Below the pieces are notes generated by a model. It was given only the letters and a program-made list of their open reading frames with translations. It was not told the DNA's origin and did no database searches. From NCBI RefSeq assembly GCF_009914755.1, contig NC_060939.1: a stretch of DNA of 64,000 nucleotides; one strand, written 5' to 3'. The stretch is from the human T2T-CHM13v2.0 reference genome, Homo sapiens. Numbering within the stretch: the stretch's first letter is position 1; each line of letters begins with the position of its first letter. The translations under genes were made by a program, and so were the position numbers. Shown here piece after piece: positions 50,429-62,890 of the stretch.

Positions 50429-52992
50429 TAAATAGGACATTTAAATCTGTATCTGTCATGCTATCCTGAATAGTTAGAAATGAAATGAGGTCCTATGCTT
50501 TGAGATAACTAAAAAGCTAAAATATATTAATTTTTGCAAAATGTCAAATATTTGCTTTTCAAATAAATTAAAAATAACTTATGAACTATATGCTGTACTA
50601 CAACTCAGATAATATTTCCTCCTGTAATTTTTGGTTAATATACTCTCCTAAAACTTATCAGAAAAGAGGTAGAGAGATTTCTAGAAACCTAAAGATATCA
50701 AATTACAAAAGAAGCCTAAGTATCTTCTTTTCATCTCTGGTTCTGAATGATGGACAATTTTGAGAAAATGTGGTTCCTACCTACCTTGCTCTCAGGAAAG
50801 GATACAAACATTTTTGAAAGAGAGGAAATCATGAACTGTTGGTGTATTGTATCAAGGGAGCCCTTTAAAATATTTTATTATGGCACAAAATATTCTCTTA
50901 TAAATAAAGTATAACAAAATATTTGGTGGAATTTCTTTTATTTTTTCAACATGGACACAGTTGAGTTTGCTCAGCTATGAAAGCTGAGCAAAGCCACCCC
51001 AGATACCTACAAGTGCTCAACAGGAATTCAGGAGGTTAAGGCTCAGTGCAATGGGAGGAGAGGGGCAATCTCTCAGCATCCAGCTCTTTAGCACCAAGCA
51101 ATGTCTAATTTGGTAATTACAAATCTGACTTGTGAAGAAAATGGTTTTTCGTTCCAGATATATTTATTACAAGTGACTTGGAAGCTATCTCTTTGACTTA
51201 CCTCCCCAAATGTTCCACTCTTTATTCATACAAAGTGTATTTATTTTGCTACTTAAGATCTGCTGGGCAGAAGTAAGAGGCTGTAAGGCTTGAGAAATTG
51301 CTTAGATGGAATGTTTTATCTCCCACCCTGTTTTCCTCTGCTGGGTAGAGACGAAGCCCCAAAATGTAATCTTGTTAAAAAAAGTTAGATTTTGTTTTTT
51401 TAGTTTTTTTTTGCTGGTCTACAATGAACTATGATCACTCTGAATAAAGACAGCGACTACTAGTAGCTGACTCTAAATTTAGAAATAACTTTTTTTAGGT
51501 CTAGGGAGGCATCTCAATTTCAGAAAAGTTAGTAAAGGTTACTGGTAAAATTGCTTTTACTTCTACTGGGGAAATTTTTGAAAAATATAATGCTAGGACG
51601 TAGAATGGTTAGTTGATTTCTCTAAAAAAACAGTAAATGGTTTTTAGAGCCCTAAGAGTGGTTAGAAAAACCAGGAGCTGTAAAATTAAGAAGTGTCCAA
51701 AGCCAATTGGTTTGAAGCTAGAACTAAAGCTGAGTTCTAAGGCTGATGTTCTTTCTCACTGGGGGAAAGAATTTAATTGACCTTGGAAAGCCACAGAATA
51801 GTGCTATCTGGCTTATTAATGTCCAAATATTCAGACACCTGCACCTCACCCTTGTGAATGCCTTAGGATTTAGCTGGAACTTTGAAAAGTAACTGAACCA
51901 AACCAAGGCTATAACTCTACAGGATCTCAGCATCCCAGAATTTTGCTGACACTCTAATAGAATAGATAACTTTTCAAATATCTCAGGAACTAGTAAGATA
52001 GGTAGTGAACAAATAAGGCTATTTTCATAAAGCAGATTTTTATTGAGTACTTATTAAATACTATGTGTCAGGCTCCTTCAGGCACAGAGATACAGATGAG
52101 GTTCTTGCTCTCATGGAATGTAGCTTCCATTACTGAATGGCATCCCGCTGATGGGTAGTGGAAAAGTGTGGGGATACTTTCAAGAGGATGCATTAAGTAA
52201 TGGAAAATCTTGAAATCCAGGTGTCAGAAAGATTTTGAGATGCTTGATAGGAAGCTATTGGGCCCTATGAACGGAGGACTAAGTGGAAGGGGAAAATCAC
52301 TTAAGTTGCAACCATTTTTTCCTTTCCTTCTTGATGAGCCTCTTATGTAAACCTGGCATTTGGACCATAAAAATATGGTTATTCTTTGTTAGTAAACCAA
52401 GGAACAATTTAGGTGGCATTAATTTAGTGAGCTTATTACCAGGCTCATACAGAAATCAATAAACATGTACTTTTTAATCAACCCCTGAGGTGGCTTGTTG
52501 CCACCACTAGTTATTCTGTGAGACTGGTGAATGTTTAAAAAGGCGTGGTGAACAAAAATACTTTACCTGTACAATGAGAAATTGTGCCCTGCAATTTTTA
52601 GGACTTTCTCAAGTTGCCAAGTAATTGGTTCTCTCACTGTGCATTGATAATGTATACTTTGTTAGCTTTACAGTTTATATTCTGCAATAAGTTACAAAGT
52701 TGTACCCTAAGGTTATCTTTGCTGCTATGATACATACAGTCCGGTTCATCAGCCTGGTTAAGGACAGGGTATTGTTCTCACAGAATGTCCAGCCTTATCC
52801 AATGTTCCAACGGACTTATTCAAAATAATTTCAATTTACAAAATCAATTCAGTCTCCGGTTTATGGTGACAGCAGTTTCTTTCTCTGAGAAACACTAAAA
52901 AGTTGCCAGCAGTTCCATTTGAGTAACTGAATAGATTTGCTACCTATTTCCTGGTCCATTCTGTATTGGGATGGAAATAATGTCGTCTTTCC

Positions 52993-53275
52993 TTTTTTTT
53001 TTCTTTTTTGAGACAGAGTCCCGCTCTGTCATCCAGGCTGGAGTGCAGTGGTAGGATCACCGCTCATGCAGCCCCCGAGCTCCCGGGCTCAAGCGATCCT
53101 CCCACCATTCTCCCCAGTAACTGGGACTACAGGCATGCGCCCCCACACCCGGCTGATTTTTAATTTTTTTTGTAGAGATAGGGTCTCGCTATATTGCCCA
53201 GGCCGATCTTAAACTCCTTGGGCTTGAGATCTTCCTGCTTTGGCCTCCCAAAGTACTAGGAGTAAAGGGGTCATG
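52993..53275 (-). mobile_element. AluJ-like SINE
   Basis: Reverse, diverged dimer. Confidence 0.9.
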
Positions 53276-53699
53276 GCTAATTCTTGTTTTTTTAAATTAC
53301 TAATGTGTCCCTTACAGATAAATAAAAAAGTAAAATTACTCACAATTCCACCAATCACTGAGAGACTTATTGGTGTTTATCTATCCAGTCTTTTCTGCCT
53401 TTCTCCATAAATCACAGTTTTTAAAAACGGGACCATACGGTACATAGTGTTTTGTCTCCTCACCCCCTTGAATAACCTTCACATTGTTCCATGGTATTTA
53501 CAGTATTTACTAATAATGACTGTAAATGTAAGAGGTATATAACTGACTTTATTCAGGGCATGGCAAGCAGGAGTGAATTATTTTCTTCTTATCAACACAG
53601 CACGCCCCTACCGCCACTCATCCCTATAGTCGTTCTCTAAATACCTAAGTGACACCTGACCAGCAAGGTTTCAGGGTCCTTGTGCTGAAAGGAGCAGGC

Positions 53700-55800
53700 T
53701 CGCCTGGGGTCACGGCCCTCCGCTTCGCAGCAAGACCCCACCGCCCACCACGGCCCTCCAGTTAGCCACAGCTCGCTTCCCCCAGGACCGGGCCAGAGGT
53801 CCCGAGAGGGCACTCTGCGGACCTAGGGGCCCCAGCCTACAAGACGCTGTGTCCTGCAGTCATCCCCTTTACACAGCAGAGCCCCAATTCTGGGAAGCCG
53901 GGGTCACCCCGAGCCTCCCTTCCCCGTGACAGCTCGGCCGGTGCATCACCTTCCCTCGCGGACCCTTTCAGCATCACCACGCGTGGGAGGAAACCCAGGA
54001 CGGGCGCCTGAGCCTCGGTGGCGGCCCACCCCGGTGCCGCGCGGCGCCGCGGCCGGACCGGCGCCGCGCCGTCCCCGAATGATGACGCGCTTCCTGCCCT
54101 CCCAGCGCTCTCGGGCAGTGCGCTCGCGCTCGCCCTCGGCTCTTGTTCCGCGCCCGGAGCCAGCGGCGGCGGCAGCGGCTGAGGCGGCTGCGGGAGCGGA
54201 GTGGTCGCCCAGCGCGCTGGGGGACGCGGGCTGCACTCCCGGGCAGGCGCTCTGCAATGAGACAGTAAATGCATCCCCCGGTAAGGCGCACGGCTCACTC
54301 GGGTTTTCCTCTTCCTCCAGCTGCATGCACGTTGCATGAATTTCTCGTGTCTTTTCCCTCCCCTCTCCAGAAGGAAAATGTGGGGTTTTTTTTCCTCCCT
54401 TTTGCTTCTCGTGAGTGATGCCAATGCAGGAAAAACCCGTAAAGCTCCCAGATTTGATGGTCTAGGAGGGCTTCTTGCAGGAAAATAAAAATAAAATGAA
54501 ATTAATGCACCTGTCTATTGCACATGTATGTTTCACTGCACCGGACCCGGGCGCAGCGGTTTGCAAACAGCCTCGCAGTCGGCGCCAGAGAGCGGATTCC
54601 TGGCCGTGGGCAGCCGGTCCCCTCCGGGGCTCTCGCTGGGTTTCCGGTAACTGGGCTTTGAAAAGCGGCCCCGCCTGCATAGAGTGTCCCCTCGACCCCA
54701 GCCGGGCCCCCGCGCCAGAAGAGTTGGCGCTGGAGGAGCAGCTTCATTCCAGCACTGGCCGCCGGGACTCCAGCGCCACTTTGCAAACAAGTCTCCCGCC
54801 GAGGCTCTGGGCTAAGACAGCCCGCCAGTGCGGAGTTCCTTCTCCAGTGCCGGACACTCAGACCTGCCGATCCCACGACTGCCCTTTACTTGGCAATCTC
54901 GCCACGGGCGAACTGCTGGCCGCTGAGCGACGGGGGCAGTGCCGGGCCGAGAGCGGGGCCAGGCTTTGCATCCAGTGCGGCTGGCCTCACACAGACTCAG
55001 CGGCTCCCTCTCCTTCCTCGGTCCCACGAGCTGAAATTTTGCGCCCATTGGAAGCTGGAGGGACCTGGAGACGAGTATTTCGGGATCCCTGAGGGGACCG
55101 AGGAACGACTTTCGAGGGCGCCATATTTTCAGTGGGTCTTGACTGCGGAGGGGAGGGGGCGAGCAGTTTCTGGGTCCCGGGGAGAGCCCCGCGCCCCAGT
55201 CGGAGAGGCCTGATCGGTTGTCGCCGGGAAAGTTTGCGCGCCGAGGCAGGCGCGGAGGCGGCCGCACAAGGCGCGCACGACTGCTGTCCCCGCAAGGGCG
55301 CGCGGACTACAGCGCGTCGCCACGCCAGCCGGCGGGGCTTGGGAACGAGAGCCGCCGTCACGGACAGCGTGCTGGGCTTGCCGCCTTCCTCTGTCCCGCC
55401 TGGACCCGGCCTTGGGGCTCCGAGGCTCAGGGAACACGCCCCTCTTCCCCGCAGCTACCGCTGCCCGGGTGCTCAGCCGGAGCCGTGCGCTGGGCGGCGT
55501 CCCGGGGCTGGGCGCCGAGTGTAGAGCGTTCTCCCGGTGCCCGGGCTCGCCTGGGTGCTCCGAGGGGCGCAGTAGCTCACTTCCTGGGGGAGAGGAGGCG
55601 CCTTGGTTCGTGGATCAGGACCAGGGCCTGGCCTGTGGTCGCCCCGAGGCCGCCGAACAGCCTGAGCTTCCAGTCGCCTCTTTGGCTTTAGCGGCGACAG
55701 CAGTAGCGCCCGCGGCTGCGTGTTCTGCTCTCGCAGCTCGTAGAGGCGAGGAAAGGAGGGCGTTTCCAGAAGTTGGGGCTTCAGGTGACGCGTGGGGAAA
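53700..55800. promoter_or_regulatory. TLN2: CpG-island promoter (two lobes split by an AT-richer ~54330-54540 segment); probably the TLN2 upstream promoter
   Basis: Very high GC and CpG density with no interspersed repeats. Motifs: CRE half-site TGACG 54083-54087, ETS CTTCCTG 54090-54096, YY1-like CGCCATATT 55119-55127. The island is secure; the gene name rests on recalled synteny with an HMGN1 pseudogene and is unverified. Confidence 0.8.
54115..54280 (+). other. TLN2: Putative non-coding first exon (5'UTR); TSS approximate; likely TLN2
   Basis: GC-rich segment with an interrupted (GCG)n, ending at donor CCG|GTAAGG (54280/54281); no coding signature. Gene identity is from memory only. Confidence 0.6.
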
Positions 55801-57444
55801 CTTGGATTCTTGCTGTCCTTGAAGAGCTGGGACAACTTAGGCCAGAATTCCTGTGTCTCATAGTGAAAACTTCTGGTTCTTTCCAGAAGATGAGAGAGGA
55901 ATGAACTGAAGTGTTGGCGTTGTCAAAGACATAATTAAAGACGGTTGGGTAGGGATGATGTCTTGGAGAAGTGGTCCCCAAAATACACGTAAATTGCCCT
56001 GGTGCTGTAAGTACCACTTACTTTTCCATTAATAATACCTGGGTGTGTTAAGCTGTGGCATTGTAAGGTTGCACGCTGACCTCCCTTCTCCAGAGCTTGG
56101 AGGCAGCGACCTCTCTGGAGTGAGGGGGAAGCGGGAGTGGGGAATCTTTACTTTTGAAGTAGACTGTGACCTCTGCTTTGTGATGGGACAGGGCACGGGC
56201 GTGTTTGCCAACCTACAGGCAGCCAATTGCAGGAACGTGTTCTCCTTGGAGTGTTACCGAAATGATGTCATAGTATTGAGGTTTTGTCGGCACTTCCGGT
56301 CTTCTTCACTGAAGAGGCTAGAAGGGACCACAGAAACCTCTGGGGTTGGGGGTTAGGTGTGCAGAGGGAGGGGAGAGGCTTTCCTGTGGGAGATGTGCCT
56401 GGAGATGTTAGGTGTTAGGCAGCTCTTTCCCTGATTCATTTCATGAAGCGCCTGCAAAAGTGACTCCGATATGAATGTCAGCCAAGATTTTACCTACCTT
56501 GATTGCTTATTTGGGACCTCTATGCAAAATCAGAGGATGGCGGTGGGTGTGACAAGTGGTCTTGAGAGAAGAGGGATGCCTACACGAATGCCTTTTTTTT
56601 TTCATTGAGCACTAGAATAGTGGAAAACACCCAGAGCCCAAGATATATTTTTCCAAAATTAGCATAGCTAATTTAGAAGAGAAATCAGTTGCAGAAAGCC
56701 TCAATCCGTTTTAAGTTTCCAGTCTTAGAGGGAGCACCTTAATCACAGAAACAGGTCTCTTCATATTGGGGAAGCCACTGGTTTCTCTCTGCCTTTGTAA
56801 CCATTTAAGTTATCAGGGAGATTCCAAAGAGTATTAGAGGGTCTCTCTTTTTGGCATTGATGTGGAGCTTCTACCTCGAAAGAGAAAGCGAACTTTTAAC
56901 AACTTGACCCTGTTGAATGAGTTACTAGGGATATTCTGTACAGGCATAGGCTATATATGTGTTTTGAACTCATCTACTGCTGACTCATTCAGGTTTTTCC
57001 AAACACTGTTCCCTAGAGTATTTTTAAGTGAAATTAGGGTTTAGGAAGAGGTGAGTATGTTATTTTCTAGTCAATATCTGTCTTTTCTCTCTCAAAATTA
57101 ACCTGATTTCCCCTCCTTCACCCCTCACTCCCAGAACATCGTTAGTTCTCTAGAGCAGTAAAGGACGATTACAGGTGGTGAATGATATAAATTTTTACCA
57201 ACTATGCTCAGAAAAAAACTATGCATCTAAATAGGTATTTATGCATTTTAGCGTTATGCTTTCTAACTATGTATATGCCACATATATTTTATACATGTTA
57301 AACCTTACATAATAAAAAAGAGAAGCTTTATTGCAAACCCTCCAATCTTTATTCCCAAGTTTACTACCTTAATATTTATCTTTTTTTTAATGCCTCTCTC
57401 AACAAATTGTTATACATCGTGCTTTGTTGCCTCTTGCCTGATTC

Positions 57445-57671
57445 TTTTTTTTTTTTTTTTCCGAGATGGAGTCTTGCTCTGTCACCTCAGCCTTCCAAGT
57501 AGCTGGGACTGCAGGCACGCACCACCATGCCCAGCTAATTTTTGTATTTTTAGTAGAGACAGGGTTTCACCATGTTGGCCAGGCTGGTCTCGAACTCCTG
57601 ACCTCAGGTGATCCACCCGCCTCGGCCTCCCAGAGTGCTGGGATTACAGGCATGAGACACCGCACCTGGCC
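57445..57671 (-). mobile_element. AluS with a ~75-bp internal deletion in the right arm
   Basis: TCTGTCACC joined directly to TCAGCCTTCCAAGTAGC. Confidence 0.92.
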
Positions 57672-58814
57672 AACCTGATTCTTAATCATCATAACTTCAT
57701 GGCTTGACCAAAATTCTTGCATTTTTTTCCTTTTAAGATTTTGTAACTTCAAAAGGTTAGAAAACGAGTATGTGTTTTGGAAAGTTGCCTGTCTGTTTAC
57801 CAGTCTGTGTAGTGGTGTTGTGATGTGTGTGTGGCATGTCCAGACTCTTGAGACAGTTTCTACAACTTGTGATCTGTGACATTATTGCTCCAGAACTTTT
57901 GAGTCATAATGTTTTCCTGATGATTTTGAGTGGTCGTTGGCCAGTACAGGAAGTACTCAAAAAGAGCTAAATAATTCAGTTATTTTTATTAGGTACAAAA
58001 ATTTTAAAGACAAGAAGGAAAACATAATAAGCAGGCCTGGAATTACAGCTTAACATACCCACTGGTGCCTTTTTAATTACAGTACTTTCCCCAGAACTTT
58101 TTAATCGTATTACTTTTATATCTAATAAGGAGACTAGTTAAAACATAAGCCACACATAACTATTACAAATAATAGGGATAAATGGTGGGTATGACCAGAT
58201 GTTTTGCCTAAAGTTCAAAGAGTTAGGGAATGTGAACTCTGTCAAATTTCCCCTGCAGGGCCCACACCCCCTCCTCAATAACCTGGAGAAAGGCAAAGAA
58301 GTCAGGGTGGAGGAGGGGAAGATAACATGCTTAAGGTAGACCTCTCTTGTGTGTTGACCACCCTGACAATCTTTGGCTTGGGGCAGGTGCCATTTGAATA
58401 ACAGCTGGTGGACAAGGTTGGGTACAAAATGCTTTAGTTGTGAGAGTCTTTATATGTCACCCAGAGCTATGAATTAGGACTGGGCTCATTTGCCACCCAT
58501 TTCACAGTGGAGTTTCAGAGACGGTGCCAAGACCATGGTTTTGTTTTTCTCTTAATCAACAATTTAATTTCAGTCAAACTGATGCTGTTCTGAAAATGTA
58601 GAACAAGGAATGAACATTTGTATTTTCTTTTTACTCTTTTAGCTGCAGTTTTAACAAACTTAATTCCCTACGTCTGTTATTCACTCATTCAGTGTATGTT
58701 TTTGAGGGTTTACCATGTACTTTATGCTGAGAAGACATCCCCTGCCCTCACAATGCCCACACATTGTGTTCCGAGGAGGTGATACTCTTTTGTACTTTGT
58801 GTATCTAGTAGCCA

Positions 58815-58840
58815 GGGCGGGGGTGGGGTAGAGGGTGGGG
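58815..58840 (+). other. G-quadruplex-forming motif
   Basis: GGG-C-GGGGG-T-GGGG-TAGA-GGG-T-GGGG. Confidence 0.65.
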
Positions 58841-58999
58841 AGATGAGAATGTGATGAAATAGTAACTGAAATACAACATTATAAAAAGATGAGAAAAGGA
58901 TGTGAGCAGGCAGTTCCCAGAACAAGGGATGCAAATTATTGTGTCTCTTCTCACCTTCTCTAGTGGACAGAGAAATACAAATTTAAAAACAGATATTAT

Positions 59000-59920
59000 T
59001 TCCTGTCCATACAATTGATACATCTTTTAAAAGGTTGGTAATACTCTCTGCTCGATGGGGCAGGGTGGGAATTCTCAGACCATTGATATAAGTGTGAATT
59101 GCTACAACCTTTTGGAAAAGCAGATCATTTCTGTGAAAGTTTGGAGCACACGTGCCATGTGAGCCAGCAATCCCACATTTGCAGCCTTGTTTTACATTAG
59201 GAAAAACATTGACATGTAAGAATCTGTGTGTAAGGGTGTCTGTTGTAGGATTTTTTTCAGTAAATAAACCAGAAGCAACAAATGTTCATCAGTAAAATGA
59301 ATAAAATAAGGTACATCCATAGTATGGATTATTTTGTGAGGGTTGTGCATAACATAATTAAAAATAATACATAAAATAAAAGCTAGTTGCAGAGTATCAT
59401 ATGTATGTTGCATGACCGTATTTCTGATTTTTTATTTTTATTTTTATTTTTTTGAGATGGTGTCTCAGTCGCACAGACTGGACTGCAGTGGCTTGATGTG
59501 GGCTCACTGCAACCTCTGTCTCCTGGGTTCAAGTGATTCTCCTGCCTAGGCTTCCCGAGTAGCTGGAATTACAGGCACCCGCCACCACACCTGGCTAATT
59601 TTTGTGTTTTTAGTAGAGACAGATTTCACCATGTTGGCCAGGCTGGTCTCGAACTTCTGACCCAAGTGATCCACCCGCCTTGGCCTCCCAAAGTGCTATG
59701 ATTACAGGCATGAGCCACTGTGCCTGGCCTTATTTCTGATTTTAAAAAAGAAGCCCTATGTGTATGACCTTGGAGAAAGATGTGTAAGGACACCCAAAAC
59801 TTAAATATTGTTTAAGATTAGCAGTGAGGAGGGAGAGGTAATTAACTTTCTCCATGTACGCTTCAGTTGGTTGACTTGTTCAAACACGCAGGCTTTTCTA
59901 TATGAAAACAAGTTAAAAAA
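59000..59920 (+). mobile_element. Ancient L1ME fragment interrupted by an Alu
   Basis: GTGTGAATTGCTACAACCTTTTGGAAA...CCAGCAATCCCAC...AAATGTTCATCAGTA. Confidence 0.65.
59428..59728 (-). mobile_element. AluS-like SINE
   Basis: TSD TATTTCTGATTTT. Confidence 0.95.
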
Positions 59921-60058
59921 TATTTGGTTAATGGATAAGAAACTCACCAGCAACCATTTAGAAAAAAAGACTGGGAAGTATCACGCTTACTTTCTCTGAT
60001 GCCTCTCATTGTAATCTCTTATCTCTTTGGAAATTTTCAATTAATTATTTTCTAAAAT

Positions 60059-60159
60059 CTTTGATTTCTCAACTTTTAGTAGAGTATACCTTCAGTGTAA
60101 AGGATAGCTTTGATTTCTCAACTTTTAGTAGATTATACCTTCAGTGTAAAGGATAGCTT
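60059..60159. repeat. 49-bp tandem duplication (2 copies, 1 mismatch)
   Basis: CTTTGATTTCTCAACTTTTAGTAGAKTATACCTTCAGTGTAAAGGATAG twice. Confidence 0.95.
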
Positions 60160-60315
60160 CAGAAAAACTGTTTCCCTCTGCCCCAGGAGGTGGTGAAAGT
60201 AAGAGCTCAGGAAAGCTCTTACAAGCACTCTCCTTTATCTTAACTTTCTCTGATCCCATACTGAAGGAAGACCAACAGTGCAGGGAGAGCTTCTGGCCAA
60301 TTGAGAAGGCTTTCT

Positions 60316-60600
60316 TTTTTTTTTTTTACTTTTAGACAGGGTCTAGCTGGAGTGCAGTGGCATGATCTTGGCTCACTGCAACCTCCACCTCCTGGGTTGA
60401 AGCAATTCTCATGCCTCAGCCTCTCAAGTAGCTGGGATTAAGGGCATGCGCCACCACTCCCAGCTAATTTTTGTGTTTTTAGTAGAGATGGGGTTTCACC
60501 ATGTTGGCCAGGCTGGTCTGGAACTCTTGGGCTCAGGCAGTCCACCTTCCTCGGCCTCTCAAAATGCTGGAATTACAGGCATGAGCCACGGTGCCTGGCC
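60316..60600 (-). mobile_element. AluS-like SINE
   Basis: TSD TGAGAAGSCTTTCT. Confidence 0.95.
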
Positions 60601-60837
60601 TGAGAAGCCTTTCTAGATAGCAGCAGCATCTCCTCAAACTTGGTTTTCCTAATTGAGGCCCAGAGAGGGCTGGGTTGGTGTTTGAATCCAAGTCTCTTTC
60701 CATACGATCTCTGGCTTAGCTGGCTGTTCCACCTCTACCATTTTCAACCCAGCCTCCTAATGTGATTTTTGAAATCTTGATAGAATGATGAGTTTTTGCC
60801 AGTTGCAGCTAAAGCCAGCCTTTCAAAAGCATTTCAC

Positions 60838-61193
<356 letters not shown>

Positions 61194-61279
61194 TGAATCC
61201 TGATGGGAGATCCAGAATCTCAACCCACTGGAAACCAGGGCTGTGCTGCACAATCTGAAAACCATGCTTGAGATTACAT

Positions 61280-61583
61280 CAGTGGTTCCCAAACTAAAAT
61301 GCATGGAAATCACCTGCAGGGCTTGTTAAACCCCAGATTATTGGGCCTGAGTTTCAGATTCCTTTGGTCCTTGGTGGGGTTTGATTTGCATTATTAACAA
61401 GTTTCCAGAAGAGTCTTATCCTGTGGATCACCCAGAGAGGGCTGGGCTGGTGTTTGAACCCAGGTTTCTTTCCATCCAATCCCTGGCTTAGATGGCTGTT
61501 ATGCTTCTACCATTTTCAACCCAGACTCTTAATGTGATTTTTGTAATCTTGATAGAACTGATGAGTTCTATGGAGAACCACTG
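61280..61583. mobile_element. MER5A (hAT-Charlie) carrying a 137-bp non-MER5 insert
   Basis: Terminal inverted repeats CAGTGGTTC (61280) and GAACCACTG (ending 61583); insert at 61431-61567. Confidence 0.78.
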
Positions 61584-61652
61584 GTTTAGAGGAACTAGCT
61601 ACCTCTCTTCCATGGGTCTTGTGCTCTTTTCCAGCCAGCCGTGTTATGGATG

Positions 61653-62851
61653 TGATATGGTTTGGCTGTGTACCCATGCAGAATCTCATCTTGAACTGTA
61701 GTTGCCATAATCCCCACGTGTCGTGGGAGGGACCTGGTGGGAAGTTATTGAACCATGGGGGTGCTATACTCATGCTATTCTCATGATAGTGAGTGAGATC
61801 TCACGAGATCTGATGGTTTCATAAGGGCCTTTTACCCCTTTGCTTGGCACTTCTCTCTCCTGCCGTCATGTGAAGAAGGATGTGTTTGCTTTCCCTTCCA
61901 CCATGTTTGTAAGTTTCCTGAGGCCCCCCAACTGCCCCCTGCCCCAGCCATGCTGAATTGTGACTCAATTAAACCTGTTTCCTTTATAAATTACCCAGTC
62001 TTGGGTATGGGTAATAGAGTAAATTGGTACCGCAGAGAGTGGGGTGCTGCTATAAAGATACCTAAAAATGTGGAAGTGACATTGGAACAGTTTGGAGGGC
62101 TCAGAAGAAGACAGGAAGATGTGGGAAAGTTTGGAACTTCCCAGAGACTTGTTGAATGGTTTTGATCAAAATGCTGATAGTGATATGGACAATAAATTCT
62201 AGGCTGAGGTGGTTTCAGATGGAGATGAGGAACTTCTTGGGAACTGGAGCCAAGGTGACTCTTGCTATGCTTCAGCAAAGAGACTGGTGGCTTTTTGCCC
62301 ATGCCCTAGAGATCTGTGGAACTTTGAATTTGAGAGAGATGATTTAGGGTATCTGGGGGAAGAAATTTCTAAGCAGCAGAGCATTTAGGAGGTGACAGAG
62401 CATAAAAGTTTAGAAGATTTGTAGCCTGACGCAGTAGAAAAGAAAAACTCATTTTCTGGGGAGAATTTCAAGCCAGCTGCAGAAATTTGCATAAGTAACC
62501 AGAGACCTTTGCGGCAGCCCCTCCCATCTCAGGCCCGGAGGCCTAGGAGGGAAAAATGGTTTCGTGGGCTGGGTCCAGGGCCCCCTGCTGTGTGCAGCCT
62601 TGGGACTTGGTGCTCTGCATCCCAGCCGCTCCAGCAGTGGCTACAAGGGGCCAAAGTACAGCTTAGGCCATTGCTTCGTAGGATGCAAGCCCCAAGCCGT
62701 GGCAGCTTCCAGTTGATGTTGGTCCTGCAGGCGTGCAGAAGACAAGAATTGAGGTTTGGGAACCTCTGCCTAGATTTCGGAGGCTGTATAGAAATGCCTG
62801 GATGCGCCACTGCACTCTAGCCTGGGTGACAGAGCGAGACTCCGTCTCAAA

Positions 62852-62890
<39 letters not shown>

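Noticed and set aside
54269-54280. ATG CAT CCC CCG as the main protein start (MHPP, as in SLC12A6)
   Set aside because: The Kozak context is weak, it directly follows a uORF stop, and the sequence after MHPP does not continue as that protein; it is treated as a uORF.
53837-55835. Many 100-205 aa ORFs on both strands of the CpG island
   Set aside because: They are Ala/Arg/Pro/Gly-rich products of stop-codon scarcity in GC-rich DNA, with no homology I recognise.
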